A stretch of 64,000 nt of DNA. It comes from Lobosporangium transversale (Eukaryota). This document shows positions 1 through 14,283 of the stretch, piece after piece. Below the pieces are notes generated by a model, which was not told the origin of the DNA, searched no databases, and saw only the letters and a list, made by a program, of their open reading frames with translations. The translations under genes were made by a program, and so were the position numbers. The stretch is from the NCBI RefSeq assembly GCF_002105155.1, contig NW_019028988.1:744001-808000 (forward strand), written 5' to 3'. The number at the start of each line of letters is the position of its first letter. Within the stretch, counting starts at the first letter, position 1.

Positions 1-3000
1 GATTGTATTAAATTGTTTATTTATTTAATTTTCTAGGTTTGACAAAATGCGAAGTATGTAATGCATCAGGACAACGCTTATTGAATAAGCATTTGAGCCT
101 CATGAAAACATTTAGTCATGATGATTACTGTTTAATTTGTGCTAATAAGTCCAGGAACCAGGAGACAAACCAAAAAGGTTATGAAGATTAGACAATGCAC
201 ACAGACAGACATGATCTTTAATTAGATCGTTGCCATATGATCCTTTATAGGCCTATTGGGCATGTTCTAGTAAAGGATAGTCGCACGCTTTGGTGTGCAA
301 TGTACAAATGAAATATCATTAAGCATGAATTTTTCAGTAAAATGAATATATAATATACATGTACCACTTGCTCACGGTCATTTCGCCCCTCATTCCCACT
401 AGTCTCGCTTTGCTGTGTTCCTCTCCTTTTCTCACTATTATCATATGCTAAAACAATCGCACTATGAGCGTTCATCTATTTCCTCTAAAGCTGAAAAAAA
501 AAAAAAAAAAAAAAAAAAAAGGTAGACATGTCAATGAAGGAGTGTACATTAATTGGCCGAGTCTGCCTTATATTTTTAAACACACATCAATATTCAATGT
601 CGTTATGTTTGTGCCACAACGACAAGCTAGTATATCAAGGACGTGAATGCTTGGCCTGATAGGAGACTGAGTAAAGTGTAAACGTAGCCAATAATGATCC
701 ATGACCAAAAAAATGTTTATTTGATGTGTATCCTGTACTTTACTCCTGCAATACTTTAGAGGAACAATCATACATATTTATATTTTTGTTGTCGAAGCAT
801 CTTTAGACTATATATATACCTCATTGTGTACTTTTAGACTGTCCCACTCGAGCAGACTAAGGTAGTCTTTCCTTCAATGACAGGCTGCCAATTCGTTATT
901 GTTTTCTGCGGTTGAGTTCACGCTAAACTATCCATGAGAGTTTTTTTTGCAGATCAAGAGTATGGAAATTTCGCCATTCGGCTGAATTGGGGATATTTTC
1001 CATTATGCCATTGACAGTTGCGCGCTAGTCTTGTGGCCAATAATCTTGCATATCAATCCGGGGCCATTACTTATCCTCATATGCCAGACTTCAGCCATGG
1101 ACACCTGCGCCGTTTTCCAGTATGTTCTAGCCCAAAAAAAAAAAAAAAAAAAAAAAACAAACATGACAATAAACTTATAGACATGTGTATCTCTATTCTT
1201 TTATGTTGCACATTTATATATATACTATAATATTGAATATTGATGTAAACAATAATTTTAGACGCGTAATACAGCAGTAGACAAATATATTTGTACAAAC
1301 AAAAGCGCCATAGCCTATTATTCATCTTGACTGAGAAGAAAAAACATGTCGACATCAATAGAAGAGCAAATAAAAACAAACACCCGACTCACCACAAGAC
1401 ATGCCAAAATGGCTCTCATCTCTTACGGCCAATCATGAACAGGACCCTTATCCTTTGTTACCTTTTCTTTCCACTACAGAACCCTCCGCCTCCACAACCT
1501 GCTCAGACATATTATATTTCAGTATCTTGTGTTCAATCAATCTTAACATTTGCTACTTGCCATCATTGTCACTATCTTGTGTCCATACCGTTTCTAATAT
1601 TTGAAATAAAATAAGCATAAATATATATATATACATTGTTCTCATGCATCCATACAGCTTCATCATTCAACTTCCCAAAGAATGAAGTTGTTGGAAATAA
1701 CGCGCTTTCTACGTTATGCAATCTGTTTTATACGGCATGGGCATTTTATGTGAAGGCCCATGCATACCTTGGGATTGGATTTTGTTTGAATTCAGGAATT
1801 TCCCCTGGATTTTCGCGCCCATACTAATTTCTTTTAAAAGTATGTTTCTTCTCTTACTACTTTTTTTTTTTTTTTTTTTTTTTTTTGATAACTGGGGTCT
1901 ACGAGACTGTGATGGTTTATTATTCTTCTCTTTCTACTCCCTTGATCTTACCAACGTCCCTAAATAAATCTGAAGATAAACAAGTCGTATTGTTGATAGG
2001 CACAAAGATTACGTCTCATTTCTCTTCTCGTAAAACTTTTGAACAAAGAAACTGAGATTCTTTGTGGCCAAAATGTTGTCCGTAATAGCACATTTATGTT
2101 TACATTAATGACATAACCTTGTTATTGTATTGTTTGGAGACGCTTGAAATATTTCTATTGTTCGCAGCTAAAAAAATAAACAAAAAAAGCTTCATCATAC
2201 ATGTACTGTAGATGTTTTAATCTTAGTGCACATGGCTGCCTTTGTACCAGCAGATAAGTGAATAGGGAAGTAAAAGTCGGCTAAAAGTAGGCAGAACTCT
2301 GTCTTTTCCAATGTCCTTTAGCTGCTTTGGTTCTCAAGAGATACTATAAAATCAGCAAGCTGCGCTCATGCATTTATCTCTTTGCAGCTCTAACATCTGC
2401 AAATAACTGTCAACTCGCAGTGTCACTAAGATTATTGCACCGTTTTCCGGAGAAAATGATATATTTACTGCCACATTTCGCATTGTACAAGAGCAAGATA
2501 GTCAGTAGCATAACATTTTTTCTTAAAAAAAAAAAAAAAAAGCAGAAGAACGAACCTTGAGAAACGCTAATTGTCACTTATAAAACAGGAAGGACGCACC
2601 TATTTGATAGCTCTTCCTTTAGATCTATCTCCCGTAAAGTGTCATGAAGTTATTCAAGTGCTGTTCCATTCCTGGTATTGTTCTTGGCTAGAGACCATTT
2701 AAGTGAGTAGGGTGACTCGAATTTAAGATTACCTCCACGACTCAACTATGTGTCATGTGGGACATTGACCAACGACCAGTTGTTTGTAATTTGATGGCAT
2801 TCTCTGGCCCCTTTCCCTAACCTACTGGATAACAGCATCTGCTGGTGAAGAATCTAGCCAGGAGAACGCAAGGAATCATGCTGCAGTATCATAACCACGA
2901 TATCACAAGCTATGACATTAATGAAGGGTAAATTTTTTGTTCAGCAGTCTTGCCTCTGCCCAAGTTCCAATGATATTAGTAATGGATTTACTTATTCCTA

Positions 3001-3077
3001 CTAATACATGGCTTAGGGATAGTTCTAATAGATCCAGAATATATTTATTATGGGTGTAGCGCTCGACTGTCTTTTAT

Positions 3078-4194
3078 TTATGTTTTACGTCGGATATTTC
3101 GTTGTTTATTGGAACTTCCTTTCCGCTTCTTGAAAACTGCAGAGCCGTCTCCTGCTGCTGTATCACCATCTCCTTCATATAGTAAATCCGCATCGGTTGG
3201 ATACGTTTTCTCTACGATTTTGAATTCGCGTAGATCCTCTGGATCACCTTGTGCCTCATCATCGTCATCAGCACCTGCTATATAGTGATGTCCGCTCTCA
3301 TTCCCTTGTACCTGGTTTTTATCGCTCTTGCTCCCATTCCTTGATGATTCTGATGCCATTGTCGTTTCTCTGCGTTTCGGTGTTTCGACGACTTGCCACT
3401 CGCCTGGCTGTCCCACCGAAAGATCTTTTGTCAGCTTGGAGTCGGATCCTCCTACTGCTATTTCTGACGTGTCTTTTTCAGCGGAAGCGGATGTTTTATC
3501 TGTTGCAGGCGACGGTATATCTGCTGAGGCTTCCGCCAAAATTTTTGACGATGTACTGGGAACTACTGACACTGCGGGTGAAATGTCTGGCTTTTTTAAA
3601 GATGCAGCTAATTGTCCTGGCTGTTTTACAAGTCCGGCTTCAACATCGAGCTGGTATTGCTTCATTGCCGCCTAAATATACAGGGCAATAAGCTATTAGG
3701 ATCTACAGACATAGTCATTCTAGGCAGATACTCTATAGCCAAGAGAGATACACACCTTTTCAATTTCATCCATCTGCTTATTCAGCCTCGCCTTTTCAGC
3801 CTCCTTGTCTTTTCCACGTTGATTCTGTTCGCGCAAAAACCTTTCCACATTTTCCTTATGTTTTCTTCCTGAGTCATGAGTATTCCTTGTCTATGATGAA
3901 GAAACAGAAATGGAACAATGGTCAAAAAAAATAAAAAGAATCAGTCTTCTGGAAGAATTATAGAAGGCTCGCCGGTCGAATTTACAAATGACTCGTCTGT
4001 CCCTTACAACTTTGTTATCAGTAATGTATATTTTGCAAAAACGACACCAAAATTTTGCGTTGGATTTCCAGTATTCAGACCTATTGATGCCGTGACACCA
4101 TAGTTTAGTCGAGCTTGTCTTATTACGAAATGATCAGCCTCTCCCTTTTATTTCTTACTGCTCATGCTATGAATATAGTGGGATTGCATTACAT
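3078..4194 (-). CDS. U1-C/matrin-type zinc-finger spliceosomal protein (WBP4/FBP21-like, no WW domains seen); multi-exon
   Basis: The exon at ~4011-4080 reads SEYWKSNAKFWCRFCKIYITDNK, the N-terminal zinc finger typical of this family. The last exon (ORF 3078-3665) ends in the basic tail VFKKRK...RNIRRKT. The start is inferred as a split codon AT|G (AT at 4194-4193, then GTAATG donor) and is tentative. Confidence 0.8.
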
Positions 4195-4406
4195 GGCTAT
4201 AAAGTGGCGTAGTGCAGAAGTGGAGAAGGGAGACATGATCTAGAAATACCTTCACTTTAATGCTTAATGGCACGTGCCTCATTCCAAAGAAAGCTTTCAT
4301 TCACCATTTGCATTCCGACCCTTTGTCCTCGTTATCTCATTTTACTAACCTTTAACTTCACCCTTTTGGCCTCTTAATAAATCCACATATCCGCACTCGG
4401 GTGGAA

Positions 4407-6671
4407 ATGGATGACTTTTACCAATTCATGAGTCCTCTCGAGGGAGCAACCAACAACGCGAATGATAGACCAAGTACTCAACCACTCGCAGCACAAACAG
4501 GAAATGCTCAATCATCGTCGTCGACTTCGTCGACTTCCTCAAGGACCTCATGGTCCGCCTGGGGTGTCTCTTTCAACAAACTAATTGAGCGTGGTAAAAA
4601 GGATATGAACGAGTTTGTCGATGTCACCCGCAAAGATCTTTCTGAGCTTGTACACACGGTACAACAGGAACACTCGACTACCATCGAGTCTTTAAGCAAA
4701 AAAGTTGGCGACCTTAAAACAAATCTTCCTCCACTGCCTGCATCTGTCAATACTGCCTCAGCAGGGATCTTGGAACGTGTATCGACTGTTGTTGGGGGTA
4801 TCACCCATGAAATTAAAGAGGTTGCGACGGGTGTATCATCTAATCCTCAGACTGTCGCACCTGACAACACTACAGAAGCCAATGTTTCAACCGCATCAGT
4901 AACAGGATCTACTGATAGTCCTTCCTCTAAACAAAACGCAAATAGTCATGGAGCAACAGCATCTCCCAACGAAAAAACAGTGGAAGAGGGATCGCTGACT
5001 GATACTAGGGACACCATGGATAGCACTGCATCCAGGATTAAGCCAGACGAAAAGCCAAACTTTAGTTTAGCTAACACAGCTAGCTTACTTTCTGCCGGTG
5101 CCACAAGCTTGACACAAACACTGAGCTCTAGTACCAAGGATATAAGCTCAAGCGCAAACGAGCTCTTTAAGAAAAAGTTGCCAGCAGCAGCAGAAAAGCA
5201 TTTGGGTGAAGCAGACTTGTTCTTCAAGAACACTACAGAAACGCTCAAGACAAATGGACTTCTTGCAGAGCAATATGTCAACAAATTCGGAGCTGGTATG
5301 GCGAACTTTCTTAACAGTGCTGTGGTCATCTCGGCGCCAGGAGCGAAGGAAGCCACTCCATCCCGCAGCAAGAAAATGTTGTATGTATCTGGATCCAAAC
5401 ATATTTATATTAATAGAATGACAATGTCAAGTTTTCGTACTTTTTCTTTTTTATCAGATGGTTTTTCCGCTTCACCTCTTCATTCTTTCTAATGGCCTCA
5501 TTATCTTGTGATGTGGCAATTATAATAGCTTTGATAGAAAGGAGGCCATGCTCGAGAAGCTACGAATGGACCCTACAACGTTCACAGTCGATCCTATGAC
5601 TACTATCGCAGACGATGATATTATTGGACTTGAGCGCTATAAACGTTTCTTGCAAACATTCAACATGGCAGAATATCAGCAGAGGACCTCACGATTACTG
5701 AACGAATATCCAGAATTAAAGGCTTTGATGGGCAAACTTGGTAAAATAATTATTAAAGGTATTTATTCCGCTGAACATTATTCTACAAACTTTACTTACT
5801 ATCAATTATCTTCAAAATTTTGCCAATCAGTTCCGGCTGAGGTTGCAGATGAAGAGCTTTTCTGGCTTCGCTACTACTATCGCTTATATGAAATTGAGGA
5901 GGAGGAAAAACGACTCAAAAAGCTTGTACAGGGTATGATGTGGTGCATATATGGAATGCTAGATATCATGATGCACTTGTGCCGCCTGTAAATCCAATTC
6001 ATTGTTAGTAATACTAGTCGTCTATCGATTCTCTTTGTTCAGAAGCCGGAGCTGACCTTGCAGAGGAAGACTTTACATGGGACGACAATGATGGTGATGA
6101 AGATGACAGCGAAAATCAGGGAGAGTCAGGGGGCCAAGGAAGTGTCACACCCAAGGCCGAACAGAAAAACCAGGATACACTTACTCCAACAGCCAGCCAG
6201 ATCTTAAATGGTTCCCAACCCACAGATTCATCGAACATGAAGCAAGAGCCTCTAACTGCTGAAGCATTAGTCGTCTCTCTCTCAGCGCTCCCAATCCCAA
6301 GTAATCAGGCAGATTCGGAAGATGGCGACAAAACCAAATCGCGACCTGATGTGACATCGACTAGTACGCATTCTAAAGGCCCTGTTACTAACCTGAGCTC
6401 TACTAGGACGAGCGAAGATACATACGAGGTTGTTGACGGCGTAGAGACGCCAATTAGAGCTCCTTTGGCAAGTGTAGCTTCTCTCTCAACAGCGTCCTCA
6501 CCAGCATTGGAACAACTTGCCCATCAACAGAGTACAAAGCAAAAATCACCCGAATCCAAGGTAATAAGCTTTTTTATTGCTATTGTTTACTGGCGCTGTT
6601 GCTATTGCTAACCAAAACACTGCATTTATACTATCTTTTAGGATGAGGATGACTGGAGCGATTGGGAATGA
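4407..6671 (+). CDS. BSD-domain protein (DOS2/BSDC1-like); multi-exon
   Basis: ORFs 4401-5492, 5548-5991 and 6237-6611 are joined by GT-AG introns. The BSD signature is L..LVPAEVADEELFWLRYYYRL, followed by an acidic EEDFTWDD segment and a C-terminal DEDDWSDWE* (TGA 6669-6671). Confidence 0.85.
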
Positions 6672-7103
6672 GCTCATTATGAAAAAAGAAAAAAATAATA
6701 AAAAATAAAAAACAATAAACAGATCTTTTAAAAAATAAAAAAATAAAAAAATAAAAATAAAAATAAAAAATAAAAAAATAAAAAAAAAGAGGAAGTCTTT
6801 CTATTCTTCGTGTTTTAATTCTCGAGAAAATACTGTAGGTCTTGATGATTATTGTGTGATTGTACAAGACTGCATGTACAAAGAAAAAAGCACATGTTTA
6901 GAGAGCAAATGTGCAGTGGACAGATAACTGCCTGATACATCCAAAACGAGGTGTACAAGTTCCCCTGTCTACATATTGGATCGGAAACGTGAGTTGTGGT
7001 CTGAATATACCCTTTAGAAGGCTCTATTTTCTCTTTCTTAGCACACGAGTGGCATATTTTACATTATAAACAAAGGAATGTATCTATGTATATATATTTT
7101 AAT

Positions 7104-10100
7104 TTACAGGTTTTCATGAGAATGTACACGAGCTGGCATGGCCATGAACTGCCGGAAAAGGCTTCCTCGATGTTGCGTTGGTCTTTTCAAGGCTATTGGT
7201 TCAAATGCACTTAATCCTCTTCCACGCCACAGCTCGTTTTTCTCTTTGTCGTCATTTCTTTCACGATTCTCTTTATACATACTATCCAGACGCAGTCGTT
7301 CTAGCTGTTCTTGTTGCCCTAGCTCCGCAAGGTCCATGAGATGCCTCATTGTCGGTCGACCATGAGGGCAATTCCAAGGCTGATCAATTTCACCCATATG
7401 TCGCACAATTCTCTTCATCTGGCTATGGTTCAGGACGTGACCAATCATAACCGATCTTCTGCAAGCACGAGACGCAAATAGAGCACGTACTTTGGAGCAA
7501 CGAACCATTTTTTCTGAGGTTGATCCATTGTTTTGCTGTATGTTAATGGACTGTCGATGCTCATTCTGATCAATACTTTCGTTGCTATTTTTTTCCACGG
7601 CTTCGGGTAGCGCTGTCTGTTGAGACAGCAAGAACACAAGCTCCTCAAAGTCCTGGAAACCAAACACAACTTTCTCACTTACAGGCAGCGTGAGTAGCTT
7701 CAATCGGTGACTCACGGGCGCATCGGGGTTGTGTTCAAGATAAAAGCCATTCTTGTTCAACATCTTCATATGCTCTACAACTGTAATCTCCTCCTGTGCT
7801 GTCAGATATAGCTCCTTGGGCTGGAGAAGCCGCTGTGTTGAGAATATCGTCTTCGCTTGTAGTGTCTCAAAGTTGTATTTCTCATCTGAAGCATGCTGGT
7901 CAATCACAAAAATATCAGAACTAATCAGTTCTTCTCTGTGTCGCTGCCTGGCTCCTCTGATCGTAGATGATTTTGGATTTCCTTGATCCTCTTCGGCAGG
8001 GGCATAGTTGTCCAGACGAGCAACGATAAAGGCTTTGTTGAACTGTCCGAGAATCTTCATGCGCGCAAAATCTCCCTTTGCGATGACGCGGCTCAAAGAT
8101 GTTTGAGCTTTGGCATCATCCATGTTTGCAAAACTGGCATCTGACAGCTTTTGATTTCTTAACCGACGACTTCTTCGAAGCTTTGCACTATGTGTTTCTT
8201 CACCGACTTCTTCCACGTCATCATGTGCAGATTCCATCTGTTTCTTTTGCGCATGATCTTTCCTCAACTCCTTCCACTCCTGTTCTGAGCGGCGTACTTG
8301 ACGTATGATATTGATCCGTTGCGCCTTTTTCTTTTTCTGCTCGTCTATATCGAATCCTATCTCTATCCACTCCCGCTGGTCATCCTGTTGCACCGCAGAA
8401 TCTATGACTACGACACGCTGTCGTTGTTTTTGAGGCCGTTGCTGAGGAACAAGCTCTTGCTCTTTCTCACTATCGCTTATGCTTTCTTCATCTAGGCGTG
8501 TCTCGTCATTTAATGGATCATATTCTTCCAGCACATTTATTGAAGAGGCCGGGTGCACACTTAGTCTGGAGGAATCATTCGAATGAGGTGTTGTGTTCTC
8601 AACAATATTATTGGTACCTAAGATCGACGATGATTCTTCCATAGCTCCTTGCTTTGTCACTAATTCACGAATCATCTGGTCATTTCCATTACGAGTAATC
8701 TCGTTATCTGTAGCTGGGTCAAGATCTTCAGCTTTACGCTTTAAATTCTCAGAGCGTTGGACAAGGAAATTCCGTCCTGTGAGTGTTGACTGTCTATTAT
8801 TAGTTTTGTCTATGAAGTCCAATTTTCCCTGAACAGACAAATGGGAGGGCGGGAGTGAAGGTGGTGTAATGGGCTCTATAGAGAGAGCCTTTGAGTGATG
8901 TTTCAGCCTATACTCGCCTTCATTCTCTCTTGCATCATTCTCTACTTCTAGTGCCTCGTTCGGTATGCTGCCTTTATCTCCAGAAGGTTTGGAACGTAAT
9001 CTCACTGCAAGATCCGGTTCCTTGATGAGCTGCCTTGCTTGACTAACTGCGAATGTTGATCGGCTGGGTTCAAAAAGTTCCGTGAGTTTTGTACGAAGCT
9101 CCTCAATAATCATACGTTCATTATGCAAAAAGATAGTCCTTTTGTCTGGACTAACGTTGACATCGTAGTAAGACGTGGGCAGAATAAGATTTGCAACCAA
9201 AAAAGGGCTTTGATTGGTGTTGAATGAGCGGTAGACTTCGTTGATGACACGAGCAAGCTTAGGAAGAGTGCAGGGCCGACCGTTAATATAAAAATATTGT
9301 CGGTCAGTTGAAGACCTTCCTTTGCCAAAGGCTGGCGAGGATATGAATCCAGTCAATTTAATATCTCCTTTTGAGTCGAGTTCTCCTTCGTCCTCATTAT
9401 TTTCATTCTCAGCCTTTACCATGGCTCCCATGCTCGCTGCCGATATTCCTTCGACAAGACATAGATCAAATTCAATGACATCAGCCATAGCCTTAGGTCC
9501 AAATACGTTGATAATATTCTGTCGAACAGATGCATTGCCAATGGTTGCAATCTGTGTCACGGCAGACCTAGCAAAAAAAAAAAAAAAAAAAAAAAAAAAT
9601 TACTTACTATATTTTCTAACAGTGATCGTTGTCGCCCAAGCTTAAGTTTATGCGATTCATACATTTTATCCATTTGCAAAACGCAGCTGATCCTGACATT
9701 GGGGACGATCAATGCATAAGCCTGGACGAGCCCGATACACTTGGCGTACTCTCGCTTTATGTTTTTGACAAATTCGCTTCTGCGGACGGGCATGCCTTCG
9801 AAGAGATTGGAGATCTTGACAATCGTTCCTCTAGTCATCGGAGTCGGTGTTTTTGACTTGATAGTTCCATCTGAGGTGTATTCAACCAAGACACCAGTAG
9901 GCGATGATCCAGTAGATGTTGTAACAGTGAGATTTGCAAGTGCGCAAAGAGATGACAGAGCCTCTCCTCGGAAACCAAATGAGCGAACATGTGCCAAGTC
10001 ATTAAAGGACTGCAGCTTTGAGGTGTAATGTTTCAATGCTGTATTCATAAAGATTTTTATTTTTTAGAAGGGTGTTAGACCTTGATGATTGTTGTATTAT

Positions 10101-10490
10101 TATAGAATATATTAAAATTGGTGGTAAAAAGATAACATCACATACCAAGCGTCTCGAGATTTGCATCTGTAATTCCACATCCATTGTCCGTAACAGTGAT
10201 GCTCTCGAGACCATTTTGCTTGAACTTGATAGCTATTCGAAAGAAAGAAAAAAAAAAAAAAAAAAAAAAAGAATTATTGCAATGTTCTATTAACAATGAC
10301 AAAGTTGATGCTGCGCCCATGCTGTCTTTTTTTTACCAACAGAAGTTGATCCTGCATCGAGACTGTTCTCCAGGAGCTCCTTGACTGCCGTAGCCATATC
10401 AAGGACGACCTGTCCTGAGCATATCCTGTGGACAGATTCCTTGTCAATAGCCCTAATGGTGTTATTGGTTTGGCTGGCCATGGTTGACAT
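7104..10490 (-). CDS. PMS2: MutL-alpha mismatch-repair endonuclease subunit (PMS2; fungal PMS1); 4 exons
   Basis: GHKL motifs are present ([32 protein letters not shown]). The C-terminal endonuclease motifs are [17 protein letters not shown] and [11 protein letters not shown], with the PCNA-binding-type QRLLQP. Confidence 0.95.
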
Positions 10491-10596
10491 TCAAGAAGAT
10501 GCATGGATGTCGTGATCAAGTTATAATTATTTAAGCCACCAACCGTGGTAAAATCACGATGCTTTAATTTTTACAATACACGACTAAGCAATTAAA

Positions 10597-11687
10597 TTAG
10601 AATCTAGACTTGGCATAAACGATCTTGCCACCTTTGACGATCTCTTTAAACTCATCTGATTCCCTCCAAGCGGCAATATCGGGGTTCGCCAGGACAGTCT
10701 CATGAACCTTCCAGAGCAATGGGGATGCGCGGAAGAGTGCTACAATCTCTTCGCCCCTGGGGAGCTCTGCAAAATGATCGATAACACTGACTAGGTGGAT
10801 GTCCGCCAGGGAGAGCTAGAGCAAAAATTTAATAGTATATTAATGACACCGCTTAGAGACTGTAGTTGTATTTCTTTTTTTTTTTTTTTTTTTTTTTTGG
10901 TGTCTTAATAAAGCAACGTACCTTCTCCCCAAAAAAGTGGCCATTGGAGCCGTTGCGTTCAAGATGTTGCTCCTTGATCTTGATCCAGCGAGGAATGTTT
11001 TCAGTCGTCCATGTCTCGAAAGCCTCCTTACGCTTGTCTGCATAGGTCCATGTCATGCACCGAAGGGAGCGATCACGAAGAGCGTGGATCGAGCTGTAAA
11101 AGGCCTTGATAACGTGCTCCTCATACTCATTTGAGCCAAGAAGATCAAACTTTTTCGCCAGATAGAAATCAATCACAATAGATTCCGTCAGGGTTAACTA
11201 AAAAAAAAAAAAAAAAAAAAAAAGACGGGCCGTTGGAGTGTTCAAAAAAAGATGATTTAGCTTCTTTTTTCTTGTTCTTCTCTGCTTTGAACCAATTACA
11301 ACTGGACTTTGGTTAATACCTCCTTTCCCTGCGACCTGATGTGCAGCAATGGTGTAAGACCGAATGGTGAATCGTATTTTTCCTCGTCCCAGTCCTATGT
11401 AAAAGGTAATAAACAGCTTGATTAATTTATTATTCAGTGTTGATCAAATGATATCTTAAATCAACTATCTCTATGATTACAGTTGGGAAGCTATTCTTCC
11501 AGTTGATCTTGCCAAATGCAAAAAGATGACGCGCCGTAGCTGCCAAGCATGAGATCTTGAAGTAGATAAGCTCATAATCAACAGTTTTAGGGTCCGCAGT
11601 CAAAAGACGAGCGTTCTCTTCATTTGAAGATTCTGTATGGAAGGAGCGAAAAAGTTGCTTGCCTGAGGTGGCTGTAGTAGTAGTCAT
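10597..11687 (-). CDS. Glutathione S-transferase; multi-exon
   Basis: N-terminal YELIYF...ARHLFAFGKINW, an exon with SPFGLTPLL, then LTES..IDFYLAKKFDLLG, HLERNGSNGHFFGEK-LSLADIHL and a C-terminal P.IAAWRES. Confidence 0.85.
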
Positions 11688-12038
11688 GGTACACTGGGGA
11701 ATGTGGAAAGCTTGTAGACGAGTCGAGATTGATTTTGAAGACCAGACGGGTAACCCCAATATTTATTTATTTATGTATAAATTTTTTTTTTTTTTTTTTT
11801 TTTTTTGATTATTCATCCAACGGCGTAACAATGTACGTGAAATAGAGCTACTGCCATGAGAGCAAACATTTGTCTGAAACGATAACTAAATCCTTTCCAT
11901 TTTTCATTTTTAACCACGTTCATCACATTGCCTCTTACGAGGGTTAGGTCTTGACTGAAACTATTGTCAGAAACACAAATACTGTCTATAATCGTTTATT
12001 ATGGTAATGTAAATACTGTGTCGGTTTAACTAGTGTCG

Positions 12039-14283
12039 TTATGACAAGGCTTGGATAAAGGCTGTCTTGATGGCCTGCGCAGCAGCCTCAACTTCTGTGG
12101 GTGTATGACTTGCACACATTGACACGCGAATTGATGGTCGAGGTAAGTGCATTTCCTGGCTCTCAACATACTTGGCTCTGCTGATCAACACACCATCGAT
12201 AGCAACCTGTCACATAAAAAAATCTCATTAGCAAGCAACATCACAAATAGGTAATTCAAACTAAGTAATACAACTAAGTAATACAAACTACCTTAAGCGC
12301 TTACCTTATCCACAACTGTCTGTAGCAAACATGTCTCCGAATCCCTCGTAGTCACACCCAGGGGCGCCAACCTTGATTGAAGAAATCTCAGGTGGATGAT
12401 CGGTGATTCAGGACTAGAGCTGACTTCAATAAACTGAGAGGCTGTTAAAATAACCTTCAAAAATGCTGCAGTATTCTCGCGCAAGGACTTCAGCAGCTCC
12501 TCGCACTGTCCTGCCTCCAAAAGCCTAATTGCCTCAGAAGCACAAACAGTGAGCATTGCAGGAATGGAGGCTGAGAAGACAAAGGCTTGGCCTGAAAGAC
12601 GTTGGTGATCTACTACTTCTTTAGGTCCTGCACAGAAGCCGCCTGCGGACGCAAGCGTGTTAGCCATTGAGCCAACAATCATATCCACATCCTTTGGTGA
12701 AACGTTGAAAACTTCAGTCAGACCACGTCCTGTCTTGCCCAACAAGCCAAAAGAGTTGGACTCATCCAAAATCACGCGGTATTTGTATTTGTGCTTGAGC
12801 TCCATGATTTTATCAAGTGGTGCAATGTCGCCATAATTTTGGAAAAGACCCTCTGTCACGATAAACCGACGAGTCAAAGGTCTCTTTTTGGTCTAGAATG
12901 TTAAAGCACAACAGCTTATTAAAAAAAAATGACTTCGAGAAAGATATACGTTACGATATATAATCACGATACGAGGAAAAGATCAGGGTCCATACAGGGG
13001 GTGACTCTTTTTGGATCGTCTGCAGTACACGCTCCAAGTCTTTCATATCGTTATGCTTAAACCACTTGATGTTAGATCGAGAAATTTGCGTGCCTTTTTG
13101 AATAGCAAAATTACATCCGTCGTCACTAAATTAAACCCATGGTTCGTAACGCAAACTTTGATAAGCAATCGCTATTCGTTGCCATATTATGTCTTGGTTC
13201 TCTAAATATGACAGAGCTGCAGCAACTTACACGACAATGATATCTCCGCGTTTCGAAAAAGCAGCCATGACGGAAGAAATAGTCGAGAAACCTTGTGCAT
13301 AAATGATTGCAGATTCTGTGCCCAAGAACCGTGCAATATCCTTTTCTAAGTTGATGTGGACATCTATTAAAGTATGTATAAAACAACAATAGAATAATAA
13401 AGAGAAAAATTGAGAGGCGTTAGACAAGGGAGCCAATTAAAACCGCCAATGAACACAATGTAGACTTCCAGGGCTTACCAAGAGTGCCATAGAAGCCAGG
13501 AGGGCCGCATGAACCGACACCATAGTTATGAAGTGTCTTGATTGCTTTGTCCTATTCAAAAGTGTCCATTTAATATATTTATAGCTTCAGTAGCTGTGAC
13601 AGAAATACTTTCTACCTCAAACCAAGTTAATCATGGCTATGCTGAGTTTCTATACAATACCTTGATATCTTTATTTGAAATGAAGTCAAGATAATTAGCA
13701 CTTGCAAAGTTTAATAAGTGCGAGCCAGTAGATTGAACTACGGGTCTAGGTCCCTGTGCACTAAGAAAACAATCGAGCATAAGAAAGGCGTGTGAGAGGA
13801 TGCTAACCAGAATATTATGGAATTAATTAGAAGCTGAATATCCTACGATACCTCGTGATAACTTGAGCCGAATCCAGTTCCATGCGCTGGAAATCGTTGA
13901 GAGGTTTAGTCAGTGGTTCAGGTTGCCACTCTGCAACTAGCTCATCAATTTCCTAATAAATGACAAGTGTAAAGATTATAGTGTCAGGGAATTCATGTTT
14001 CCACTTGAGAGATAACAATTGGCTATCAGATCTCATATGCGCACTCATGCACTCATACTTTCTCTGTTAGAGGTATTTGAGTCTGGTCAATGCGGTATTT
14101 TTTGGAAAGCATATATTTGACTGCAAAAATGGCCAGGCCAATCTCTAGAACCACTCGAAATGGGTCATTTTGATAGGAGTTTTTAATGTAATTGATGGCG
14201 ATGGCAGACCCAGGGACAGCCTCTATGGCACGCGAAACAGTGAATAAAGTCTGGTTGATAGAAGAAAGGATGGGGTTGTCCAT
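12039..14283 (-). CDS. LCB1: Serine palmitoyltransferase subunit 1 (LCB1/SPTLC1); multi-exon
   Basis: Motifs include [16 protein letters not shown] (TM), [38 protein letters not shown] and [21 protein letters not shown] lacks the PLP lysine found in LCB2, which points to LCB1. Confidence 0.93.

Noticed and set aside
1..3000. Exon-like, GC-richer patches and short ORFs at the window start
   Set aside because: All frames are interrupted by stops and no family motif was recognisable. It may be a decayed gene but cannot be supported.
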